DNA of 64,000 bases, taken from contig CM060732.1 of the NCBI GenBank assembly GCA_030704615.1, forward strand, positions 13,702,001 through 13,766,000. Direction: 5' to 3'. The stretch comes from Takakia lepidozioides. Taxonomy: Eukaryota; Plantae; Bryophyta. The notes beneath the pieces are model-generated. The model worked only from the letters and a program-made list of their open reading frames with translations. It did not search any database and was not told where the DNA came from. The translations under genes and the position numbers were made by a program. Shown piece after piece: positions 48,256-60,977 of this stretch (its first letter is position 1; every line of letters starts with the position of its first letter).

Positions 48256-49267
48256 ATATTGTTGGATGTTTTTTCAACCATATTCTCTGCCTCAAAATTC
48301 TAGTTTGCTGCTCAAAGCCATATTGTTCTACAAAATTCCCCACCCTTAAAGAACTAGGACTTAGAATTTTTTTTAAATATTAACCTGATGAAAAGGGGGG
48401 TGGGTTCATGGGCACACCCCGCCGTACTGGCAGGGTCTATAGGCTGCTATTATTAAATAATGAGGTCTATTTCTTCTCACCTGCTTTTAAATCTTAGCAA
48501 AAAAAAGGTTTTTGTGCGAAATTTTTGACAAGGTTTTCATGTAGGTAGCACAACCGTTGCTAATCCATCAATCATATTGCAATTTCGCCGGGTATCCAAC
48601 AACCTGCAACCTGATGTCACCAGAATCAGGCAAACTGTTCAATTGAATGCCTTTAATGAGGATGCATCTGTAGGCAAAAACAGAAAGAGAACAGGTGTGT
48701 TTACTCTACTTCGATATTTTGTGTCCCCTTCAACAGCGGAAGGACAAAGGTGTGAAGGGTTGGAGCTTCCAGTGAGAGCACCAAATCTAGCCAAGGTGAC
48801 CACAATTAACTATATCCGCGAGTTAGATCTATGACACGTCAGTGCATGATCTACCATATTTGGTGTCAATAGTGACGGCATATGGTTATATCCAAATTGC
48901 ATCATTATCACCATGTTTGAAAAAACAATGGTCATAAAAATAATGGCCAAGAAGGCTGAAACATGGAAACGTTCAGCTTTGAATGTCAATCTCACAATTT
49001 GCATTTATTGTTTCCAGTGAACACTCGTTATAGGCAGATACTGCTACCTCGTCCAATTTCACTGCTCATAGGCACTCACTCTATTCCGTAATTCTCAGAA
49101 GCATATCCACAATAACCTTTGACAAGTTTTACAATGCAGAGTCTTGTGACTAGACTGCATGCCTGCAAATTCACATATGTGGGCACACCCCCACAAAATT
49201 GAGAGAGATGCTCATGCAGGCAAAGTGCAGGCTTCGTTATCAGAAACCTCTTTATCCAATCATGGTG

Positions 49268-49481
49268 CAGCCAGAATAATAAATAATCTTGGCCTCCCAA
49301 ACTGTTATTAATGCAGTCATCAGCCAGAATAATAAATAATCTTGGCCTCCCAAACTGTTATTAATGCAGTCATCAGCCAGAATAATAAATAATCTTGGCC
49401 TCCCAAACTGTTATTAATGCAGTCATCAGCCAGAATAATAAATAATCTTGGCCTCCCAAACTGTTATTAATGCAGTCATCA
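49268..49481. repeat. 53-bp minisatellite, 4 identical copies
   Basis: CAGCCAGAATAATAAATAATCTTGGCCTCCCAAACTGTTATTAATGCAGTCAT starts at 49268, 49321, 49374 and 49427. Confidence 0.95.
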
Positions 49482-50894
49482 ACAGGCATGCATTGCCACC
49501 GTTCAGAGATGAACAAAGCCTGGCTTATCCAAAGATACTCGGCGCATGTCAAACACCAAGCCCTTCCACTTACATCCCACAAGTCCTGATTCATTACCAT
49601 AATGAGTACTGACGATAAAGATTTGGAACTCATGCAAAGGGGAGACTCATGGTCTTTTACTCACTTGTCTGAAATGTGCACAATGCAGGAATGTATGTGT
49701 TTCAAATGTTTGCACAACTATAACGCTACTGACTCACAACAGCAGGACTTCTAGACATTACCCTGAGTCCTTCCACTTTTTCACTACTTTTAGAGGCGAG
49801 TCTCTGTGGATCAGAAGACCATAATGGAGATGCTAGTGCAATTGGTAAGTAAAGCAGATGAGCGGTCAGCTGGGGAACAAGTGGTAAAAGGCAATTGACA
49901 GGGAGCTGTGCAACAAAGACAAGGCAACTTCAATGGACTCCTTGAGCACTTCTGTTGGAGGAGGGAAAGTCTGCTGGAGTGAGGGAGGGGTGCAGTCAGA
50001 TCACATCCGGAGGCAGGTACAAGCCAAAGTTGTGTTCATCCAAGGCGAGACCACAATTCTCTACTCAGAGCAGTGTGAGTTGCATACTGATCTATCATAT
50101 CATTTTGACTCTCTTAATTATTAACTATGATGGCCCAGAGGCCCCATACATCAGTTTGGCTGAGGAGAAGCTCGATTCATTGAAAAGGATTCATGAGCAA
50201 GAGGTAGGGCACATTTAGATTTCAGACATGGTATACATCAGATACTTCATTCGCAAATCATGTTACCAGATTTTGCAAATGAGTTGAAGAAGGCACGCCA
50301 GTTTGGAAGTCTAACGACATTTGGACGCGGCTTGCCCAGAGGGGGTGAAGTATCAGCTGTAAAATCCCTTGAGAGACAGGAGGGGATTCTTCGATCCCTA
50401 GCCCGACATGACCCTCTGGTATGCTTTTTCATTACATCTGAATTTGGTTGCAACAACAGGAAAGTCTGTTTCAATGTTTAATGAGAGCACCAACCTTCAG
50501 AAGTGGTAAACAGTTAAAGAGGGCTGCATACTGGATGGCCCGGCTTGCAAGTGAGCACACGATGTCTTCAAAAAGTAAGCAAGGGGCATCGGGCTGGGCA
50601 TGGTGTGGGTCCAGCGAGTTGTAGAGCTGCACAAGGCTGAGGTGGCAACGGAGTGGGGCCAGAGCTGGGGCGGGGGGGGGGGGGGGGGGGGGGGGTTTGG
50701 AATAATGTATAAACCAAATGTGGCACGGAATGTCGACACAATATAACCCCCAACCACTTTCCCACCCAGCTACCATGGGACAATGTGAAGTTTCTATCTT
50801 TCCTTCTTTCATTGGGCATGGGTGCTTTCAAAGATCAATTCCACACCCTAGAGATTGAGACAGAAAGACAGATGTGTGTGTCGGCTGAGGACTT

Positions 50895-51135
50895 CATCAG
50901 TTATTGTGGTGTGGAAGGCCAGCTTGCTTGGTGCTTGCAAAATTCGTCAATGTGGAGGTGACAGAACGTGCGGCAAAATGAATTCTCAAGTGGGATCGAG
51001 AGGAGGCAGCTGTCCAACGTCTATGCTGCAGCTAGCAATAGTTCGAGAAATGATGAAGGCCAGAGTTGTGCAGAAGGAGCCAGGGCACAGTTGCATTGAG
51101 CTCAACACCGAAGTGCATACATTCATTGTGGTATT
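50895..51135 (+). pseudogene. PPR E/E+ domain and PG-box fragment
   Basis: VVWKASLLGACK...VREMMKAR.V.KEPGHSCIELNTEVHTF. Confidence 0.75.
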
Positions 51136-51389
51136 ACCAGGATTTTCCTCGGAGTAAGGGAAATGACAGAGCTCGCGTGCTCTTGTAGTTTCTGCAGATC
51201 AAGCAATGAGCAACAAACAGTTCTGACTGGAGTTTTTCTCAGATGCTTCACAGTGGTGGTTTCATAATGTACGTTTTTTTCATCTTGGACATGAAATGAT
51301 TGACACTGGCCTTTTAATTATGCACTTGGCTATTTCACTTGGTAACAATAATATTCTTCACTAGGAAAAGGTAGCAAAAGCACTGCAGG

Positions 51390-53790
51390 GAGTGTTCAAT
51401 AGTATGGCTGACCGAGATTTGGTGTCATGGAATGCCATGCTTGCAGGGTATCAAGGATGCAAAGGTAGTGTTCAACAATATGGCTGAATGAAATGTGGTG
51501 TTGTGGAACGCGATGCTTGCAGGGTATGCATAGCAGGGGCGCGAGATGGAGGCTTTGGAGACCTATGAGCAAATGATGGTGGAAAGGGTGAAGCCCGACC
51601 ACATCACGTCTGTGCGTTTGCAAGCCTGGAAGCCCTGGAAAAGGGCAAAGAGGTGCATGGTTGCATCGCAAAACCAGGAATAGTACCAGATGTGATTGTC
51701 AACAATACCCTCGTGGACATGTATGCAAAATGTGGGTGCATCGAAGATGCGGAGGGAGTGTTTGACAGTATGACTGAACGAGATTTGGTGTCGTGGAGTG
51801 TGATGATTGCAGGGTATGCACAACAAGGGCGCGGGATGGAGGCTTTGGAGACCTATGAGCAAATGATGGGGGAAGGGGTGAGGCCTGGCAGCCCTGGAAG
51901 AGGGCAAAGAGGTCCATGGTGACATCGTCAAAGCCGGAATTGTACCAAATGTTATTCTGAACACTGCCCTGGTGGACAGGTATGCCAAATGTGGGTGCAT
52001 TTTCAGACCTACAATTGTACAAAATGTCATTCAGAACAATACCCTTGTGGACATGTATGAAGGGAGTGTTCGACAGTATGGCTGAACCGGATGTGGTGTC
52101 GTGGAGTGCGATGATTGCAGGATATGCACAGCAAGGGTGCGGGATGGAGGCTTTGGAGATCTAGGAGCAAATGTTGCGCGAAGGGGCCAATCCCAGCCAC
52201 ATCACATTTGTTTGTGTTTGCAATGCGTGTGCAAGCCAGGGAGCTCTGGAAAAGGGGAAAGAGGTCCTTGGTGACATCGTCAAAGCTGGAATTGTACTAG
52301 ATGTCATTCTGAACACTGCCCTGGTGGACAAGTATGCCAAATGTGGGTGCATTGTCAGACCTGCAATTGTTCAAAATGCCATTCAGAACAATACCCTTGT
52401 GGACATGTATGAAGGGAGTTTTCGACAGTATGGCTGAACGAGATGTGGTGTCGTGGAGTGCGATGATTGCAGGATATGCACAACAAGGGTGCGGGATGGA
52501 GGTTTTAAATTGGAGACCTAGGAGCAAATGTTGTGCGAAGGGGCGAAGCCCAACCACATCACATTTGTTTGTGTTTGCAATGCATGTGCAAGCCTGGGAG
52601 CTCTAGAAAAGGGGAAAGAGGTCCGTGGTGATATCGCCAAAGCTGGAATTGTACCTGATGTCATCCTGAACACTGCCCTGGTGGACATGTATGCCAAATG
52701 TGGGTGCATTAAGGATACGAAGGGAGTTAATTTCAACACCATGGCTAAACGAGATGTGGTGTCGTGGAACGCGATGCTTGCAGGGGTATGCACAGCAGGG
52801 GCGTGGGATGGAGGCTTTGGAGACCTATGAGCAAATGATGGGGGAAGGGGTGAAGCCACATCACGTTTGTGTGCGTTTGCAGTTCGTGTGCAAGCCTGGC
52901 AGCCCTGGAAAAAGGCAAAGAGGTGCATGGTTGCATCGCCAAAGCTGGAATTGTACCAGATGTGATTTTGAACAATACCCTCGTGGACATGTATGCCAAA
53001 TGTGGGTGCATCAAAGATGCGGATGAAGTGTTCAACAGTATGGCTGAACGAGATTTGGTGTCATGGAATGCCATGCTTGCAGGATATGCACAGCAGGGGC
53101 GCGAGATGGAGGCCTTGGAGACCTATGAGCAAATGATGGGTAAGGGGTGAAGTGCGACCACATCACGTTTGTGTGCGTTTGCAATGCTTGTGCAAGCCTG
53201 GCAGCCCTGGAAAAGGGCCTAGGGTGCATGGTGACATCATCAAAACTGGAATTGTACCAAATGTCATTCTGGACACTGCCCTGGTGGACATGTATGTGAA
53301 ATGTGGGTGCATTGAGGATGCAAAGGGAGTATTTGACAATGTGGCTGAATGAAATGTGGTGTCGTGGAATCCGATGATCGCAGGATATGCCCAGCATGGT
53401 TGTCATAGGGAGGTCCTGCAACTATTTGAAGGAATGCAAAAGAATGGCTTGAAGCTGGACAATATCACCTCTATATTGTGTTCTCTCTACATGCAGCCAC
53501 ACTGGCCTACTGAATGAAGGAAGACGCTACTTCGATTCCCTGAGTCAACATCATGGTGTCACCCTGCCAGTAAAGCGCTTTGGCTGCATATATGGTGGAC
53601 CTTATGGACGTGCGGGACAACTACATGAGGCAAGGTACCTGATTAATAAAATGTGAATCAATCTAGATGTTGTGGTGTGGAAGGCCTTGCTTGGTGCCTA
53701 CAGAATCCATGGCAATGTGGAGATGGCTGAATGTGTGGCAACATCTATCCTCAAGTGGGATGAACAGGATGCCGCGACTTATGTGTTGCT
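51390..53790 (+). pseudogene. PLS-class PPR pseudogene ending in the E domain (left arm of the inverted duplication)
   Basis: Repeated P-L-S triplets with frameshifts. 53230-53790 matches the reverse complement of ~57097-57660. Confidence 0.88.
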
Positions 53791-56480
53791 ATAATTCTGG
53801 GTTTGGGTGGTGGAGCTTCTCCAAAGCTTGAAGATGGAAGTGAATACGAATTTTAATGAGCTTGATGAGAGGGGCAGCCCTGTGTACAAGTTTGTTCAAC
53901 ATCTTAAATTTGGACATGTTTGTTTGTTTCTCGTGGTGTGGCTTTGGATGGAGCCCTTGATGAACTTGCATGAATATTGTCAAAAGCTAGCCGTAACCCA
54001 CCAACATCCAATCCCATGGTGGATGATTGAAAGTTCATATAGTGAATGTAAGGGTATTTGGGTATGTTGTTATTGATTGATGCGGCTTGTGAAAATTGAA
54101 TGTTGAAATGCAGCTTCGCCATTTTTATTCCAGGAAAAAACAAAACATGGGATCTTTGCATGTAACACCGTGGGAATGACCCGGTCCTATTTTTGTGAAA
54201 AATTGAACATAGTTCTCAGAATTCGTCGCTAGTAGTGCGGAGTAACTCGAAGCCCTAGTATTTATTTGTTTCCCGTGGTTGCAGAAAGCAGTGGGTAGTG
54301 TGGTGGTAATTGGTGATGAATGTGAGGTTTGGTGTTCAAATTCCTGGCAGGTGATATTGTGGTGATAATGTGTGTTCATTATAAATATATATTTTGTTTG
54401 AGGAAGGTTGGAGTTAGGCGTCCGCCAGTTGGAGTTTGTTAGTCAATCTACTCATCGCCAATCGGTGCGCGGGTGAGTTCTCAGTCCGCCGAACTAAGTC
54501 AGTTCGCTCGCCAGTCTGCTGGCAAGTCCGCTCGACAATTGCCAGTCCACTCGCCAGTCCGCCGATCAGATTACTAGCTAATCGCCAGTCTACTCAATGC
54601 ACTCACCAGTTGGAATCAGTCTGCCGCAAGAATCAATCTCTTGGAGGGTCTGGCCAGTCCGCTCATCCCACCATTAAGTACAGTTCAAACCAGTTTCCAA
54701 CTTCCTCAAGACATGCCCTCTGCTTACTCATGTGGGCAGACCCACAACTTTAAATTAACATTTCCAAACTTGCCAATTGCAAGGCAAAATGCAGCAGGTT
54801 TGTGTGCAGATGTGGTTTGAGCACTGACCTCAAGCCATTTGCAAACCACCCCTTATTATAAAACCCTCAATGCCAAACACAGACTAGGTACCCAAGGTTT
54901 TTGGACTCCATGCAAGCACTAAATCAAGAATCTAATAACACCACACAGACTTGTTATTCTGCCGATGGTCCTGCTTGTGGTGCAGGCCTTGAGGTTAGAA
55001 GGATTGAGTGTCGACACTGTTGATACAGGCACCAGTAAGTTGGCCTGGAAGGGGCACCAGGCAAGTGCTTTCACAGCTGCTTGGTGGTCGTCCAGCTTGT
55101 GTAGATAGACTGCTGGCTCAGGTGATGATGATGTGACAGCTGCATCCCAAATGTAGAGCAAGTTGACATTGCCTCCACTTGCTAGCTGTTGGCCTGATGG
55201 TGACCACTTGAGGCCACACACCTCCTGATTGTGCCCTATCAGACGGGAGGTGACATGATCTCTCACCCGTACTGCCAATTCAAAACACACTCTTTAGCAA
55301 GTCATATTTTGAAGGAAGACATGTCTGTAGTATCCATTTAAGCCTCTTTCTCCTTCTGGTACTTTTAGTAATCTCCACTGCCTTCAAAGTTCCCCGTCTG
55401 AATGCTCAATTAGTTTTTTATCCTTGAATGTGTCTGTGACAACCATTGTTGAGTTTCAGAAACATCTCACTCCATCAGAAAAACATTGTTATGCTGATCA
55501 GCATACTTTGTATCACTTCTTGTTGATTCCTTACCCCAAACTTTCTCTGCCTCACAGAAGCTATTCAATGCTTGGAAAAGGGCCCAAAAGCAAACAACCT
55601 TACCATCATGATTGATGATGTGGCTGTCACGACCAAAACACGTTCACAAGCCTAAGCAAGCAAAATGATGTGATTTGCGGAGCCTTTGCACGAAAACCGA
55701 AGCTGATCGAATGAGGGAAAGGCCACGGTTTGCATTGAGCAGCGAGACTGTTGAGAGCTTGCAAGGTGCACGATGGTGGAAAACGTAGAGCTCCTGCAGT
55801 TCAAGAACTTCAAGAACCGGGCAGTCCGGGCAATTCCAAAACAACTTGGCGCTTTGGGGTTTTTTGCGCGGGCCGTCCAGGCAGATTCCAAAGAAATTGA
55901 CGACGACGATGACGTGTCTACGATGACATGGCAACGATGATGTGGCACTATGGCACCCTATTCCTGCTCTACGCTAAACTAGCTTCCGACCTTCGGTCGT
56001 CGCTAGAACTAGGGCTTCGCATTGCTCCGCACTACTAGCGACGAATTCTGAGAACTATGTTCAATTTTTCATAAAAAAAAAAGAGGGGTTGGTCATCCCC
56101 ACGGTGTTACATGCAGAGATCCCGTGTTTTGTTTTTTCTGGAATAAAAATGGCGGATCTGCATTTCAATGTTCAATTTTCACAAGCTGCATCAATCAATA
56201 ACAACATACCCAAATACCCTTACATTCACTATATGAACTTTCAAGCAGCCACCATGGGATTGGATCTTGGTGGGTTAAGGCTAGCTTTTGACAATATACA
56301 TGTAAGTTCATCAAGGGCTCCATCCAAAGCCACACCACGAGAAACACACAAACATGTCCAAATTTAAGATGCTGAACAAACTTGTGCACAGTGCTGCCTC
56401 TCTCATCAAGCTCATTAAAATTCGTATTCACTTCCATCTTCAAACTTTGGAGAAGCTCCACCACACAAACCCAGAATTAG
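53789..56480. repeat. Inverted repeat arms 53789-54258 and 56009-56480 ending in CTAG, with a 1.75-kb spacer
   Basis: The same MVELLQSLKMEV... translation appears on opposite strands, and both arms end GAAGCCCTAG followed by T. Confidence 0.9.
55035..55272 (-). pseudogene. CDC20/Fizzy-family WD40 gene fragment
   Basis: [29 protein letters not shown]...[18 protein letters not shown], with no flanking coding sequence. Confidence 0.85.
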
Positions 56481-56672
56481 GACAACACTCTGATTTCCAT
56501 CCACTGTCACCAGAATCAGTAAAAAATCACCCCTTCAGTCAAGTGCAATTGTGGGCTGACTTCCTACCTATGCCAGGTAGACCCCACTATCAGGAAATGG
56601 TGGATGGTCTGAGAAGCTACACAGATCAATGAATGAAGCAAGACACTTGCATCTTTCCAAGAAAACATCCTT

Positions 56673-59600
56673 TCATCAGTAATCACCACAAGAACAAATC
56701 CCATCTTCAAAGTGGTGGAAAGTAGTTAGCGTCCCATACAACAATTGCTCGGCCAACAATCTTTGAGATGAATTTGGTGGAGGTGTGGCAGTCTCCACAC
56801 ACTCGAAGATTCTTGATGAGTCGTGCTGATCAGCCCAAAACCAATGGCCAGCTTCTCACTGTGGTGGCAAAGAGAAAATTCTTTTCCTCCACATCATGCA
56901 ATAAAAAGCGTGTGTCAGGCACATACCCCGCCTAGCTTCTTCATCTGCCCAGACAATCTTCTCAGCTCAGCATGGATTTCCTTAATTCTGGGATGCAACT
57001 TGTCATCTAGTTCCTTTCTAACCCCTCTGACCTTCATCATTCTTCTCACCTTCGCAATATCATCCCACCTGTCAGCTGCAGCATAGATGTTTGATATAGC
57101 AACACATAAGTCACGGCATCCTGTTCATCCCACTTGAGGATAGATGTTGCCACACATTCAGCCATCTCCACATTGCCATGGATTTTGCAGGCACCAAGCA
57201 AGGCCTTCCATACCACAACATCTGGATTGATTGGCATTTTATTAATCACGTCCACTGCCTCATCCAGTTGTCCCGCACGTCCAAGAAGGTCCACCATGCA
57301 GCCAAAGTGCCTTACTGTCAGATTGATACCATGATCTTGACTCAGGGAATCAAAGTAGCGTCTTCCTTCATTCAGTAGGTCAGTGTGGCTGCATGCAGAG
57401 AGAACAGATATAAAGGTGATATTATCAAACCTTTCTTTTGCATTCCTTCAAATAGTTGCAAGACCTCCCTATGACAACCATGTTGGGCATATCCTGCGAT
57501 CATCACATTCCACGATACCACATTTCATTCAGCCATATTGTCAAATACTCCCTTTGCATCCTCATTGCACTCACATTTCGCATACAAGTGAACCAGGGCA
57601 GTGTCCAGAATGACATTTGGTACAATTTCAGCTTTGATGATGTCACCGTGCACCTCTTTGCCCTTTTCCAGGGCTGCCAGGCTTGCACACGCTTTGCAAA
57701 CGCACACAAACGTGATGTGGTCGGGCTTCACCCCTTCCCCCAGGCCTCCATCCCGCACCCCTGCTGTGCATATCCTACAAGCATGGCGTTCCATGACACC
57801 AAATCTCGTTCAGCCATATTGTTGAACACTCCCTCCACATCCTCAATGCTCCCACATTTGGCATACATGTCTACGAGGGTATTGTTCAGAATCACATCTG
57901 GTACAATTCCAGCTTTGGCAATGCAACATGCACCTCTTTGCCCTTTTCCACGGCTGCCAGGCTTGCACACGCATTGCAAATGCACACAAACATGATGTGG
58001 TTGGACTTCACCCCTTCGCACATCATTTGCTCATAGGTCTCCAAGGCCTCCATCACGTGCCCCTGTTGTGCATACCCTGCAAGCATGGCGTTCCACGACA
58101 CCGAAACTCGTTTAGCCATACTGTGGAAGACTCCCTCCACATCCTCAACGCTCCCACATTTGGCATACATGTCCACCAGGGTAGTGTTCAGGATGACATC
58201 TGGTACAATTCTAGCTTTGACGATGCACCCATGGACCTCTTTTCCCTATTCCAGAGCTGCCAGGCTTGCACACGCACTGCAAACACACACAAACGTGATG
58301 TGGTCGGGCTTCACCCCTTCGCACATCATTTGCTCATAGATCTCCAAAGCCTCCATCCCGCGCCCCTGCTGTGCATACCTTGCAAGCATCGCGTCGGGCA
58401 GTGTTCAGAATGACATCTGGTACAATTCCAGATTTGACGATGTCACCATGGGCCTCTTTCCACTTTTCCAGGGTTGCGAGGCTTGCACACACACTGCAAA
58501 TGCAAACAAATGTGCCTTTAGTTGACCATCTACCCATGCAGGTTTCTTGTAGCTATCAATCCACAAGGAATCATAGGTAATCTGGAGCTTGAAGTCCGGT
58601 CCCCTTGGATGAATCTGGACTCACACTCTATCCCTGCTCCTTCAACTATCCATGCCTCTGCACAAATCATGCATACATCTTTGCCTTCCTACTAGCAGCT
58701 GACAATGACAACCTGTGACACGCTCAACAAACTCTAGAATAGAGCTCCAAATCCTCCATCCCGCGCCCCTGCTGTGCATACCCTTGCAAGCATCGCGTTC
58801 CATGACACCACATCTCGTTCAGCCATAATGCTGAAATTAACTCCCTTCGCATCCTTAATGCACCCACATTTGGCATACATGTCCACCAGGGCAGTGTTCA
58901 GGATGACATTTAGTACAATTCCAGCTTTGACGATGTCACCATGGACCTCTTCCCCCTTTTCCAGAGCTCCCAGGCTTTCACATGCATTACAAACACAAAC
59001 AAATGTGATGTGGTTGGTTTTCACCCCTTCGCACATCATTTGCTCATAGGTCTCCAAAGCCTCCATCCCGCACCCTTGCTATGCATATCTTGCAATCATC
59101 ACACTCCACGACACCACCTCACGTTCAGCCATACTCCATTTGCATCCTCGATGTACCCACATTTGACATACATGTCCACCAGGGCAGTGTTCAGAATGAC
59201 ATCGGGCACAATTCTAGATTTGATAATGTCACCAAGGACCTCTTTTTACTTTTCTAGGGCTGCCAGGCTTGCACACGCATTGCATACGCAAACAAACGTG
59301 ATGTGGTTGGGCTTCACCCCCTTCACACATCATTTGCTCATAGGTCTCCAAAGCCTCCATCCCACACCCTTGTTGTGCATATCCTGCAATCATCGCACTC
59401 CACGACACCACATCTCGTTTAGCCATACTGTCGAACACTCCCTTCATACATGTCCGTATCATTAGCTCATAGGTCTCCACAGCCTCGTTACCACACCCAT
59501 TCTGGGCATATCCTGTGATCATTGCACTCCAGGAGACCACAATTTGTCTAGCCATATTGCCAAACACCCGACTTGCATCTTCAAGGCTGCCACATTTGGC

Positions 59601-60380
59601 ATACCATCAACTAGGGTATTCTCCAGAATGATATCTGGAACAATTCCAGCTTTCATTATGTCAGCATGGACTTGTTTGCCCTTCTCCAGGGTTGCCAGGC
59701 TTGCACAGGCATTGACAACGCAAGCAAACGTAGACTGGTCAGGTGCCACCCCTTCTCATACCATTTGCTTATAGGTCTCCAAAGCCTCCGTACCACACCC
59801 ATGCTGGGCATATCCTGCGATCATCGCACTCCATGAGACTACATCCCGTTCAGCCATATTGTCAAACACTTGCCATACATTATTTATGCTCCCGCATTTG
59901 GCATACTTGCTTACCAAGGCAGTACCTAGAATGTTATCTGACACAATTCTGGCTTGAAAATGTCAGCATGGATCTCTTTGCCCTTCTCAAGGGCTACCAC
60001 ACTGGCACAGACCTTGAGAACCCACCTCCAATGTAGCCTGTAATCATGGAGTTCCATAATACAACATCTCGTTCCGCCATTTTGTAGAACACTTGACGCA
60101 CATTCTCCATGCCCCCGCATTTGACAAACATGTCAGTGAGGGCAATCTCCAGAATGCTATCTGCTGCAATTTCACCTCTGATGATATCAGCATGATCTCT
60201 TTGCCCTTCTCTAGGTCTCCTAGACTGGCACATGCATTGAGCACAGAAGTGAAAGTGACCCTGTTGGGCATCACCCCCTACCGATGCATTAGCTCATAGA
60301 TCTTGAAAGCCTCCCTAACACACCCATGCTGAGCATATTATGCAATCATGGCGTTCCATGAAACCACATATCGTCCAACC
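56673..60380 (-). pseudogene. PLS-E-DYW PPR (organellar RNA-editing factor) pseudogene
   Basis: PLS repeats, [50 protein letters not shown] then TGA in place of TGG. PG box deleted, many frameshifts. Confidence 0.92.
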
Positions 60381-60977
60381 CACCCCTTCCCATGAACATG
60401 GGGTTTCATGTGCATCTCATGCTAGGGTTTGTGCTTCCTTGAGCTTCATGCTTGATCTTCTCAAGCCTTCATGAGTTCCATATGATACCAAGACAAGCTC
60501 TCTTGATTTTTTTCACCTCAAGGTGCAACCAAGCTTTGGTTCCAACTCCCCTAGCAATGCATTTGTCACACAACAAGCTTCATGTCTCTTTGGAACTCAA
60601 GAACAAAGCTTTTTACCTCCTTTAGCAAGCCACCAAGCCTTGTCTCCTCTCAAACCTTGGTCATTCAACCTCCCTTCACTTGATAGCTCAAGAGCCACTC
60701 CTCTCAAGCTTAAAAGGGCAAAGCTTAAGCCAAAAACATGCTCCACATATGCATTACCTCATACACAAAGGAGTGAACTTGCTCCCTTCACCTTCTAGCT
60801 CTCCTCAAGCTTGAAGTTGGAAGCCACACTTGGAAAGCATGCTCCACACTCCCTGGATTTGGATCAGGCTTCGTCGCTCGGACAAATCGGCACCGCATTC
60901 CTTCCCATCGCTGCATCCCCCTTCTACTAGGGAGCTTCCCCGCACGCCATCCTGGCAGTCTTGTGTGCACATCTCCC

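Noticed and set aside
49268-49481. CRISPR-like array
   Set aside because: Units are contiguous and identical with no unique spacers; eukaryotic context and no cas genes.
48560-50480. Possible decayed gene or transposase fragments
   Set aside because: No recognisable motif in any frame I examined.
56673-60380. Functional editing factor, or stops repaired by RNA editing
   Set aside because: Multiple frameshifts, a deleted PG box and inserted non-coding blocks cannot be repaired by base editing.
60380-60850. Possible LTR/PBS remnant (TGGTATCATA on minus near 60481-60490)
   Set aside because: Only a partial PBS match, with no LTR partner or gag visible.
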